In this document: piece by piece, positions 55,699 through 64,000 of the stretch
Position numbering within the stretch: position 1 is the first letter of the stretch
How the letters are laid out: each line of letters opens with the position of its first letter
DNA from: Candidatus Zixiibacteriota bacterium
GTDB taxonomy: Bacteria; Zixibacteria; MSB-5A5; DG-27
Assembly: GCA_030605835.1 (NCBI GenBank)
Contig: JAUWHO010000048.1
Location: 107,984 to 171,983, forward strand
Reading direction: 5' to 3'
DNA length: 64,000 nucleotides
The notes under the pieces: model-generated
What the model was told of the DNA's origin: nothing
Seen by the model: only the letters and a program-made list of their open reading frames with translations
The model's database searches: none
Program-made: the position numbers and the translations under genes

Positions 55699-58629
55699 TC
55701 ATTGCCATCCCTTGGTGAAACCGATTATCCAGCGGAACTTCCAGCTATCCTCTCCAGAAGGATGACTGATCCATAGCGGGAAATCAACTCTGAAGATGAA
55801 GAATCTGAATCCTATCCCGAAATCGGATTTGACAGTCTTGATGTGAAACTTGCTCCATCCTGCATACACATTGCCTACATCAAGGAAAAGATACGCCGGC
55901 AGATAGGGGAGGTCATTCTCTAACGACATCGTCGTAATCATCTTCCCCTTCAGATGTCTTCCGAAATAGCCCCTCAAGTTTCCGTCACCCCAGATGTGCC
56001 ACCTCTGTTGGGGCGAAAGCTCCCCGGTGGATTCCCAGGTGAAACCGAGCACGCCCTCGGGAATCAATTTCCCGGAGAGAAAGAAATATTCCTGTAAGGG
56101 CATATCTCCCCAACCATAACCGCCATACAATCGCAGTTCGGTCTTGATCTTTCGTGACCAGCGGTAATAACTCTGTGATTCCAATGACCATTTCCCGAAT
56201 TGATAAATATCGTCATCGAGGTCTTTAGCGAAGGTCACGGTGGTTTTGACATTGCCGCCGTAGCGGAGGCATCGCTCTTGGAAACTGTATGCCAAATCCA
56301 CGCCGCTGTACTGGCCCAGGCTGAAATCCCGGGGGTCCTGATCCGAGATCGATTTCACCTGGCGATGCTCTAACGACACCTCGAAAGTGTGTGTTGGCCC
56401 ACGGAGGAGTTTTTCTCTTTTCTCGAAGCTCACTCCCGCATATACACGGGAATAATCCCAGGATCTAGACCAGCCCAAGGATAGTTTTGAGAAAGGTCCC
56501 CAGAAACCGAGAGGAGTTTGGTAGCTACCGCTGTGTCTCAAGGTCTTTTTCCCGGATGAGTATATCGGAGCGAAGCTCCATTGATGTTTTCCCAAGAGGG
56601 GGCCAGCCAAGATGAACTGTCGCCCCATAAGAAGACCGCCAACTTGCAACCGTGTGTTGGGGCTGTAAAATATGTAGGGCACAAAGAAAAGCTGGTAGGT
56701 ATCGAATGAGGGCTTGTCGAAGAAGAGGTCGAAAGAATACTTCCTCGGTTTGCAGTTATTCCAGCGATAGTAGTCCAGGATTTTCTTTTCAGGATCGACT
56801 GCAACGCGCTTTATTTTTTCCCAGCTGTAGAACGTTATGGTCTTCTCTGGCTCCCTTCCGTTCCAGAAGAAGCGGTATTCTCTCCCACTATCGGTATATG
56901 AAACCACCTCCACGGGCATCACAATCGGTTCATTTCTTCTGAGGGTGATTTGGTTTCGATAGTCACCCACAGGATTCTCCTCGTAGGGTGACCTTCTTAT
57001 CTTTCTGCTCTTGAGGCCTGTGACCTCATAGTCACATCGCTTCGTGGTCGTCAACCACTGCTTGAAAAACCAATCCAACTCCCGTCCGCTGACCTCTTCG
57101 CAGACCGAGATGAAGTCCTCGATCCTGGGATGTTTGAACATGTATTGCTGGTAGTAGGTCTTCATCGCGGTGTCAAAGGTGCCAGGGCCTAAAAGGTCTC
57201 TAAGCATATACAGAATCAAGGCGCCCTTGTAGCATGCCAGCTGGTGTGTATACATTCCCTCCGTGTACTCATATGCAGGCTTCGATAGAATTTCCTCACG
57301 CTGTGCAGAGGCATACATATAGTAATAAGCATTTGCGACGTAGTTGTCGTCGAACTCCGGGAAATAGGGAAGGTCAAAGGGGAGTTCGAGGAGAGAGTAA
57401 TCCTCTCCGTATTTCTCCTCTAAGTATCTAAGCTCGCAGAAGGTGGCGAAGGCTTCATCGAGCCAGGGGGAGTCGATTTCATTGTTGCCCAAAACTCCAT
57501 AGAACCACTGCTGCGCGACCAGGCGTGCCACCAGCGGTTCCGTCAGCTTGGTATATGGAGGGAGATGATTGGGAATGATTATCAAGGTTGGTGCTGCCAT
57601 GCCGCGGGTCATAAAATCGGCGCCGTCAACGATTGTCAATCTTCTGTAAGGGTAGGGCCCGAACCATTCCCGGTACAATTCCATTGCCTCCCTCGTATAT
57701 GTGCCGATCTCCTTCATCTTTTTCTCATCCTGAGGCAACAACAGAAGATCGATTTGGACGCTGTTGGTATATTCCCTCTTCAATAGATAGTCTGGGCTTG
57801 CAGTCCAGACAAAATCGTGGACGTCCTCGGCATGAAAAACCAGGGTCTTGTAACCATATTGAGATGCAGGATCGTCATAAGGATGTTTGACTTGACGGCG
57901 TTGGCGTTTGGACAGTCTTGAGTAACGGTCTAGAGAATCCAGTCTTCTGAGCTCATCAGGAGGGCCGATCAGTTCCCCGGTTGCGCCGACTATGTATTCT
58001 TGCGGCAGGGTGATAGCCACATCGAAGGTACCGAACTCTCCGTAGAAGTCGGGGATGAAGTGGTAACCATCAGGATGCCAGCCCCGCTGGTCATATGCGA
58101 CTATCTTGGGATACCAATGAGCTATCTGATAGCGATTTCCTTCATGACCGAGCCGGTCAAATAGATACGGCAATTTGAGCAAGAAATCTATCTCAAACGT
58201 GACGGTGTCACCAGGCTGAATCGGAACCGGCAGGTTCACCCTCATCTCAGTACCCGCGGCCTCAGGGATTAGAGATCGGCCGTTGCACCCCAGAGAGATT
58301 ATTTCAATATAGCCTCGGTCTTCGGGGGATGAAAAATAGAGGTCGCTCTTCCCGGCTTTGTATTGCTCCCTGGCGAATTCGGTGTCACGGTCTTTGTAGG
58401 CATTCGGATATAGGTGAAACCAGACGTAATCCAAAGTGTCAGGCGAGTTGTTAATGTAGACGACGGTCTCATTCCCCATCAGGGTGTTGATCTCGGTGTC
58501 GAGGAGGACATTTATTCGATGTGCCACCTCTTGTTGCCACGAACATGCGAGTCTCAGTGGGAGGAGCGCAGATATTATAACAGCCAGATAGCAGAGGCTA
58601 TAGTGAGGTGTAGCTGCAGAAGTCCTCAT
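55699..58629 (-). CDS. Inactive M1-aminopeptidase-like domain fused to an Omp85-type beta-barrel
   Basis: M1 fold motifs (FHLYPNAY, WYPKI..YD, FYGEFG, HDFVW, WLDEA), but GMAAP, RLVAQQW and ACYKG; C-terminal GNLRGY, FLDVGNV, SDFGIGFRF, RVDFP. Confidence 0.75.
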   Translation of the reverse strand: MRTSAATPHYSLCYLAVIISALLPLRLACSWQQEVAHRINVLLDTEINTLMGNETVVYINNSPDTLDYVWFHLYPNAYKDRDTEFAREQYKAGKSDLYFSSPEDRGYIEIISLGCNGRSLIPEAAGTEMRVNLPVPIQPGDTVTFEIDFLLKLPYLFDRLGHEGNRYQIAHWYPKIVAYDQRGWHPDGYHFIPDFYGEFGTFDVAITLPQEYIVGATGELIGPPDELRRLDSLDRYSRLSKRQRRQVKHPYDDPASQYGYKTLVFHAEDVHDFVWTASPDYLLKREYTNSVQIDLLLLPQDEKKMKEIGTYTREAMELYREWFGPYPYRRLTIVDGADFMTRGMAAPTLIIIPNHLPPYTKLTEPLVARLVAQQWFYGVLGNNEIDSPWLDEAFATFCELRYLEEKYGEDYSLLELPFDLPYFPEFDDNYVANAYYYMYASAQREEILSKPAYEYTEGMYTHQLACYKGALILYMLRDLLGPGTFDTAMKTYYQQYMFKHPRIEDFISVCEEVSGRELDWFFKQWLTTTKRCDYEVTGLKSRKIRRSPYEENPVGDYRNQITLRRNEPIVMPVEVVSYTDSGREYRFFWNGREPEKTITFYSWEKIKRVAVDPEKKILDYYRWNNCKPRKYSFDLFFDKPSFDTYQLFFVPYIFYSPNTRLQVGGLLMGRQFILAGPLLGKHQWSFAPIYSSGKKTLRHSGSYQTPLGFWGPFSKLSLGWSRSWDYSRVYAGVSFEKREKLLRGPTHTFEVSLEHRQVKSISDQDPRDFSLGQYSGVDLAYSFQERCLRYGGNVKTTVTFAKDLDDDIYQFGKWSLESQSYYRWSRKIKTELRLYGGYGWGDMPLQEYFFLSGKLIPEGVLGFTWESTGELSPQQRWHIWGDGNLRGYFGRHLKGKMITTMSLENDLPYLPAYLFLDVGNVYAGWSKFHIKTVKSDFGIGFRFFIFRVDFPLWISHPSGEDSWKFRWIIGFTKGWQ

Positions 58630-59489
58630 CTCAGCAGGGATGGTCCTCCCGAGGGCGGTTCAATCCGTCTGGCATCTTCGGGGATTCGAAGTTGAAAGAA
58701 GTTGTCAGGAATCTCTACGTTAATTTTTTCTTGACGCAGTCTTATTTTAACTCTGTACCCCTGGACCGGGCAAAGCAGCGTGATTATCTTAGGACGCCAG
58801 CGACCATCCATTCTGTGGAAATCATAGTAACTGATCCAGAGGTCATAAGATTCGTCACGATGTCGCCAGTGACATTTCGCCACCGTGAGGGTGGCGGGAT
58901 TTACCCAGAATTTCTTATCCCAGATGGTATCCGCCATCTCGTACAGATAGAAACCCTCTTGCCTGCCGACGAATCTGCTGTCATTTTGGTCGAACCCGAA
59001 TTTCCCGATAGAGAACTCAATGGTGCTCACAAGGTCAAATCTGCGATCGCCCAGTTGTATGAATCTCCCCTCCTTTAGATTTTGCTCGAAATATGAATTC
59101 CTGAATGGAGAGAAGACTCTAACGGTGTCATGGTGCAAAACCGCCTTAGCGACGTCAATGCCCAGAATCATCTCGAACGTGAAGGCGACCTCGGAAGGGT
59201 GTCGATAATATAGCTCCATGTCAAAGGAGAGTTGCAGCTCTTTGCTCTGGAACTCTACGGCTAAATCTCCCGCGTAAGTGTCGAGGTGTGCCTCTTGCCC
59301 GGCAAGGAGAGCGACCACCTCATCGGGGCTTTTGACCCTGGGAGGTGGCTTTACGATTTTCCTGGGGGCACAGGACGTGAAGATCAGCAACGACGCTAAT
59401 GCACAGGCGGTAATACAGGAAAGCCGGAGCTTTGAGCCCGACGGTGCTTTTGAAGATGAGGTTTGTGACTGGATGATAGTCGGTTCCAA
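58626..59489 (-). CDS. DUF4292-like lipoprotein
   Basis: IFTSC lipobox; beta-rich body ending F.LRIP.DA; ATGA overlap with the M1-Omp85 gene. Confidence 0.65.
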   Translation of the reverse strand: MEPTIIQSQTSSSKAPSGSKLRLSCITACALASLLIFTSCAPRKIVKPPPRVKSPDEVVALLAGQEAHLDTYAGDLAVEFQSKELQLSFDMELYYRHPSEVAFTFEMILGIDVAKAVLHHDTVRVFSPFRNSYFEQNLKEGRFIQLGDRRFDLVSTIEFSIGKFGFDQNDSRFVGRQEGFYLYEMADTIWDKKFWVNPATLTVAKCHWRHRDESYDLWISYYDFHRMDGRWRPKIITLLCPVQGYRVKIRLRQEKINVEIPDNFFQLRIPEDARRIEPPSGGPSLLR

Positions 59490-59516
59490 TGTTACAATGT
59501 CATTGAGATATGCACG

Positions 59517-60164
59517 CTACAATGGCAATCCCGTGAACAGGTAACCGAAAAGCCTCACGAAGGGGAAAAATATATACGCAAAGATATTAACTCCGAACAC
59601 ATATCCGCCCATGATTATCCCCACCAAGACTAGCGGACCATAGCGTTCCATTCGATAGTAGAATCTCTCCTCCTGTGGGGGGAGAAGTCCGAAAAGGATT
59701 TTGGATCCGTCCAGAGGGGGAATTGGAAACATATTGAATATCGCCAGAATGATATTGATCTGAACCGCGAATATCAACATCCTCAGGAACACCCCCACGA
59801 AGGGCGTCTGGAAATCCAGACCCCCGCCGGTGCCAAGATAGACGCGCAAGACGAGACCGAAGAAGAACGCAGAAAGCAGGTTGGCTGCAGGTCCGGCGAA
59901 GGATACCCAGATCATGTCCTTTTTGGGATTGCGAAGGTTGTAAGGATTGACCGGCACCGGGCGGGCCCAGCCGAAACCGACGAAGACCAACATTATCGAG
60001 CCGAGGATGTCCAGATGAACCAGGGGGTTCAACGAAAGCCGACCCATCATCTTGGCGGTGGGGTCTCCGCGACGATAAGCTATGTAGCCGTGAGAGAACT
60101 CGTGAATGGTGATGGCGAAAAGAAAGCCGGGAACCATTATGGCTATTCGCTCGAGGCCGTACAT
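59517..60164 (-). CDS. Site-2 protease (M50)
   Basis: HEFSH, GDPTA..GR..LNP..H, AGPAAN, FNMFPIPPLDG. Confidence 0.92.
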   Translation of the reverse strand: MYGLERIAIMVPGFLFAITIHEFSHGYIAYRRGDPTAKMMGRLSLNPLVHLDILGSIMLVFVGFGWARPVPVNPYNLRNPKKDMIWVSFAGPAANLLSAFFFGLVLRVYLGTGGGLDFQTPFVGVFLRMLIFAVQINIILAIFNMFPIPPLDGSKILFGLLPPQEERFYYRMERYGPLVLVGIIMGGYVFGVNIFAYIFFPFVRLFGYLFTGLPL

Positions 60165-60174
60165 CGTTAGGAAA

Positions 60175-61014
60175 CTACCCTCTCTCAGCCACGACCGTGG
60201 CCGGTAAGCTTAAGTCCAATCCCAAATGCGCCAGTGAATCGACGGCTCTTTTGATTTCGTAGCCGACCTCCTCCGGACGGTGTGCATCAGAGCCCAGGGC
60301 AACCACTTTTACGCCGAAATCCCTAACCAGTTTCAGAATCTCTGCGGAGGGATAAAGGTCTCTGAAGCCTCGCCGGAGGGAGCCGGTGTTCACCTCTATT
60401 CCCAGATCATCGGCTCTCATGAGCTCTAAAACCGGCTCGATATAGTCACGATGAGCAGTGAAGATTTTCTCTCCGTAATAGGTAAAGCCATACTTCTTGT
60501 AACCATCGAGATGGGCGACGCAATCGAAAAGATCTGATTTCACCAGCGCCGCCAGATTCTCGAAATACCTCCTGGACATCTCCCTGACGCTTTTCCTCTG
60601 GAAGCATCTTTCATATTCCCTGCGATCGGTGAAGGCAACCCCCTCCAAGCAGTGGATTGAGCCGAGAAGGAAATCGACCTTGATTCCTGATAAGGTCTGA
60701 CGCAACTGCTCTTCGAAGTGGGGAGCATAGTCGACCTCCAGGCCTAACCTCACCAGAAGTCCCATCTCCTCGTATCTTCTCTGAGTCTCCTTTACCTCCC
60801 GGAAGTATTTGGGCAGTCCTTCCTCCAGGGGCACCTGCCGACCGTCAACAATCATGAAGGGGTCGATTTTTTTTCTCAGGGGGTCGGTATCGAAATGGGT
60901 GGTGAAGCAGATCTCCTTCAATCCTTTCTTCAACGCCTCCTGACAGAACGCTTCGATGCTGCCGGTGGCGTCCAGGGAGTATCCGGGATGAATATGGTAA
61001 TCGATCAAATCCAC
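60175..61014 (-). CDS. PHP-family histidinol-phosphatase (HisJ-like)
   Basis: DYHIH, THFD, GLEVDY, GSIH, AHLD, GSDAH. Confidence 0.85.
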   Translation of the reverse strand: MDLIDYHIHPGYSLDATGSIEAFCQEALKKGLKEICFTTHFDTDPLRKKIDPFMIVDGRQVPLEEGLPKYFREVKETQRRYEEMGLLVRLGLEVDYAPHFEEQLRQTLSGIKVDFLLGSIHCLEGVAFTDRREYERCFQRKSVREMSRRYFENLAALVKSDLFDCVAHLDGYKKYGFTYYGEKIFTAHRDYIEPVLELMRADDLGIEVNTGSLRRGFRDLYPSAEILKLVRDFGVKVVALGSDAHRPEEVGYEIKRAVDSLAHLGLDLSLPATVVAERG

Positions 61015-61016
61015 AG

Positions 61017-61652
61017 CTACGACCTCAGAGCCTCCAGCACAAAGGGGTTGAATCTTCTCTCCTGCCCGATGGTCGATTTGGGTCCGTGTCCGGGATAGAT
61101 TGTGGTGTCATCGGGAAGGTTCATGAGTTTCTCGCGAATCGACCTCATAAGGGTTTCATAATCGCTTCCGGGGAAGTCGGTGCGACCGATGGAGCCGGCG
61201 AAGAGGGTGTCGCCAGTGAAGACAATCTTGTCCGATATAAGACAGATTCCCCCCGGGGAATGCCCCGGAGTGTGAAGGATTTGAAACCTTAGTTTGCCGA
61301 CTGAGATCACCTCTCCATCCTCGAGCAATCCGTCGGCCTCCGGGGCTTTGATGTTCTCACCGCTGAAGGCGGAGAGATTCTCTCGGGGGTCTGTCAGCAT
61401 CCGAGCATCTTCGCGGTGAATCAGGAGCTCGGCGCCGGTCTTTGACTTCAACTCCCCCACCGCTCCGATGTGATCCAGATGCCCGTGAGTGAGAACGATC
61501 TTTTCGATTCTTAAGTTTAGAGACCGGATTCCCGACCAGATGGTCTTAGCCTCGAAGCCGGGGTCGAGGATCATTCCGACTTCGGTCTCTTCATCTCCAA
61601 CTAAGTAACAGTTCGACAGGTAGGGTCCGACCTCGAAGACTTTTATCAGCAT
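61017..61652 (-). CDS. MBL-fold metallo-hydrolase (glyoxalase II-like)
   Basis: THGHLDHIG, HTPGHSPG, FTGDTLF.GSIGRTD, YPGHG. Confidence 0.9.
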   Translation of the reverse strand: MLIKVFEVGPYLSNCYLVGDEETEVGMILDPGFEAKTIWSGIRSLNLRIEKIVLTHGHLDHIGAVGELKSKTGAELLIHREDARMLTDPRENLSAFSGENIKAPEADGLLEDGEVISVGKLRFQILHTPGHSPGGICLISDKIVFTGDTLFAGSIGRTDFPGSDYETLMRSIREKLMNLPDDTTIYPGHGPKSTIGQERRFNPFVLEALRS

Positions 61653-63473
61653 CTACTCACCTTCCGGATGAAAATGGCCGTAGATCGTTCCCGCCACCTT
61701 GGCGGGGATGCCTGGCGTTTCCAGGAGTTCCGAAAGCTTCGCTTTTCTTATCCTCTCAACCGAACCGAACTTCGCCAATAGATCCAGCTTCCTCTTTTCG
61801 GCGACTCCCCTTATCGCCTCCAGCTCCGATTTGAAGCTCTCCTTTTTTCTCAACTTCCGGTGGTAGGTTATTGCGAAACGATGGGCCTCATCCCGGATCA
61901 TCTGAAGAAGCTTAATGGAGGAGGAGGTCTTGGGAATCATCAAGGGTTCTTTTCTGCCGGGCAGGAAGACCTCGTCTAATCTTTTGGCCAAGGCGAGAAT
62001 GTTGACATTTGCGATCTTGAGATTCCTCAAAACTTGCCGGGCGGCGTTTAGCTGTCCCTTTCCCCCGTCGATCAGAGTCAGATCTGGAAACTCCCTTTTC
62101 TCCTCGATCAACCGACGGAAGTATCGCTCCACAACCTCCGCTATCATGGCGTAGTCGTTTTGACCCTCCACGGTCCTTATTTTGAAATGGCGATACTCCC
62201 CCTTTCGCGGTTTACCGTCAACGAAGAACACCAGAGAACCGACGGCCCCGTTGGAACCTAAATTGGAGATGTCGAAGGCGGCGAGCTTGCGGGGAGGATT
62301 CTTCAGGTATAAGTCCCTCTTCAAGGAATGAATTGAGCGCGGCAGACTTCTCTTCATCTCACTTTTCTGGGCAAGTAGCTCCTTCAAGAGCAAGTTCGCA
62401 TTCTGAGAGGCCAGATCCAGGAGGCGCGCCTTTTGACCCCTTCGAGGTACCGTGAGTTCCACCTTAGATTCTGCCCTCCGAGAGAGATACCTGCCCACCA
62501 GGGGCTCGTCTTTGGGCTTAGAGGGGAGCAGGATTTGCGGAGGGATGGCCTCGGCGGTGTTGTAGAAACGCATCAGGAAGGTTTTTAGCAGCTCCCCATC
62601 CTCGGAGGTTTTGGAAGCCACCAGGTAAAAGTGCTGCCTGCCGATTAGGACCCCCTCTCGCACCTGCATGGTCACACAGCAAGCATCGACACCCTCCCGG
62701 CTGAAGGCGATGAGGTCGCGGTCGGCCATGTCGGGATTCAACACTTTCTGGCGAGCGATGAGTCCCTCTAAGTTCTGCAGTTGGTCCCGAACTCTGGCGG
62801 CGGTCTCATACTCCTCCGCCTCCGCCAGGCTCTTCATTCGGGAGCGGAGTTCTTTCAAGAGCTCCACCTTACGACCGGCGAGAAACCGCCCGACTCCATC
62901 GGCAATTTGACCGTATTCCTCTTCGGAGATGCGGTTCTCGCAGGGACCGAAACAACGTCCGATGTGGTAGTTCAGACAGACCCGATTTTTCCTTCTGGAG
63001 GGGAGCTTGAGGCCGCAGGTACGCAAGGGAAAGATCTGCCGGATCAACCTCAGGGTCTGGCGCATCAGTTTCACCTCGGTGTAAGGCCCGAAATACCCGC
63101 CGCCATCCTTCTTCAAGACCCTGGTCACTAAAAGTCGAGGAAAAGCCTCACCCGTGATTTTCAGATAGGGATATCTTTTATCATCTTTCAGGTTGACGTT
63201 GTAGCGGGGACGGTGCTCCTTGATGAGGTTGTTCTCCAAGATCAAGGCCTCCATCTCGCTGTCGGTGACTAAGACCTCGAAATCGGAGATCTTTGACAAA
63301 AGGACGTCAGTTTTCAAATCCCGCCGAGGTGTTTCGTGGAAATACGACCTCACCCGGTTTTTCAGTATCTTGGCCTTGCCGATGTATAGAATCCTCCCAC
63401 CGGAGTCTTTCATCAGATAGACCCCGGGGCCCCGGGGGAGGTTCGTCAACTTCGTCTGCAACTTCTCTTTCAT
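61653..63473 (-). CDS. uvrC: Excinuclease ABC subunit C
   Basis: GIY-YIG (PGVY..YIGKAK.L..RV.SYF), EALILE, UVR domain, FDISN, LIDGGKGQ, RDEAHRFA, HhH tail. Confidence 0.97.
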   Translation of the reverse strand: MKEKLQTKLTNLPRGPGVYLMKDSGGRILYIGKAKILKNRVRSYFHETPRRDLKTDVLLSKISDFEVLVTDSEMEALILENNLIKEHRPRYNVNLKDDKRYPYLKITGEAFPRLLVTRVLKKDGGGYFGPYTEVKLMRQTLRLIRQIFPLRTCGLKLPSRRKNRVCLNYHIGRCFGPCENRISEEEYGQIADGVGRFLAGRKVELLKELRSRMKSLAEAEEYETAARVRDQLQNLEGLIARQKVLNPDMADRDLIAFSREGVDACCVTMQVREGVLIGRQHFYLVASKTSEDGELLKTFLMRFYNTAEAIPPQILLPSKPKDEPLVGRYLSRRAESKVELTVPRRGQKARLLDLASQNANLLLKELLAQKSEMKRSLPRSIHSLKRDLYLKNPPRKLAAFDISNLGSNGAVGSLVFFVDGKPRKGEYRHFKIRTVEGQNDYAMIAEVVERYFRRLIEEKREFPDLTLIDGGKGQLNAARQVLRNLKIANVNILALAKRLDEVFLPGRKEPLMIPKTSSSIKLLQMIRDEAHRFAITYHRKLRKKESFKSELEAIRGVAEKRKLDLLAKFGSVERIRKAKLSELLETPGIPAKVAGTIYGHFHPEGE

Positions 63474-63513
63474 ATCTTAAGGGGTTAAACGGCGAGGCCT
63501 GGGGAAAGTTTCC

Positions 63514-63999
63514 TCAATCGAGGAGCCTCCTTCCCCCCTTATATCTTCTGCGGTAATAATCCTCACTCAGATCGGAGATGATGGTGCCACGGGATTTGGA
63601 GACGTGCACGAACTCTCCGGAACCGAGATAGATCCCGACGTGACTCACTCTAAAACCGGAGGTGGCAAAGAAGACCAGATCTCCGTATGAGAGGTCGCCT
63701 CTACCCGTTGGCTTCCCGATCCGATAGAGCTTTTCGGAGCTGCCGGGGAGCTTGACTCCGAAGCTTCTCTGGTAAACCAGACAGACCAACCCGGAACAAT
63801 CAAGTCCTTCCGGAGTGCTACCACCCCACTCATACGGAGTTCCCATGAGTCTATCAATCTCGGAGGACATCTTCATGAAACCGAGCTTCTTGCCCTGGCT
63901 TCCTAAGCGGATGGTGCCCTGATTTTGCCAGTCGTCTATGTTAGGTTTGCGGGAGCTGCAGCTCCAGAAGGGTAGCGTCAGCGCGACCGCGACGATTAC
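63514..63999 (-). CDS. NlpC/P60 (C40) peptidase lipoprotein, 5' end outside window
   Basis: GTPY.WGG, DCSG, HVG, FVH. The frame stays open upstream of the track ATG and reads VIVAVALTLPFWSC (lipobox). Confidence 0.88.
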   Translation of the reverse strand, partial: VIVAVALTLPFWSCSSRKPNIDDWQNQGTIRLGSQGKKLGFMKMSSEIDRLMGTPYEWGGSTPEGLDCSGLVCLVYQRSFGVKLPGSSEKLYRIGKPTGRGDLSYGDLVFFATSGFRVSHVGIYLGSGEFVHVSKSRGTIISDLSEDYYRRRYKGGRRLLD

Positions 64000-64000
64000 A

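Noticed and set aside
152-63857. Numerous long antisense or alternate-frame ORFs (e.g. 2556-3410, 5778-6602, 23802-24503, 38117-38866, 44543-45277)
   Set aside because: Shadow ORFs expected opposite GC-rich coding genes; none has an RBS plus motif evidence.

Overview
A 64 kb chromosomal window from a fairly GC-rich, LPS-making (kdsA/kdsB) diderm bacterium. It carries type IX secretion (T9SS)-like machinery: PorU, three PorV/PorQ-family barrels and six proteins with C-terminal sorting domains. The gene content suggests an FCB-related lineage outside Bacteroidota, such as a Zixibacteria-like candidate phylum; this is inference and not confirmed. Housekeeping genes (trpB2, cobB, dapF, argS, ispG, kdsB-pyrG-kdsA, csp, uvrC) are interleaved with envelope and secretion genes. 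There is no rRNA, tRNA, CRISPR, integrase or transposase. Strongest oddities: (1) a PorV barrel split by an insert of about 530 aa, a beta-propeller carrying three LysM-like domains, directly downstream of porU; (2) an intact AroA homologue that has changed six normally invariant ligand-binding residues (K22R, R27Q, G96D, R100Y, Q171L, R386L, E. coli numbering); (3) an M1-aminopeptidase fold lacking its zinc and catalytic motifs (HExxH reads RLVAQ) fused to an Omp85-type barrel; (4) an AT-richer two-gene cassette encoding a phage-tail-fibre/YadA-like fibre with no sorting domain plus a tiny protein that is mostly T9SS sorting domain, a candidate piggy-back secretion system; (5) intergenic mosaics of GTAG-footed REP-like hairpins with covarying stems, and drifting 7-nt tandem arrays. 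All calls come from motif recognition by eye; no database search was run.
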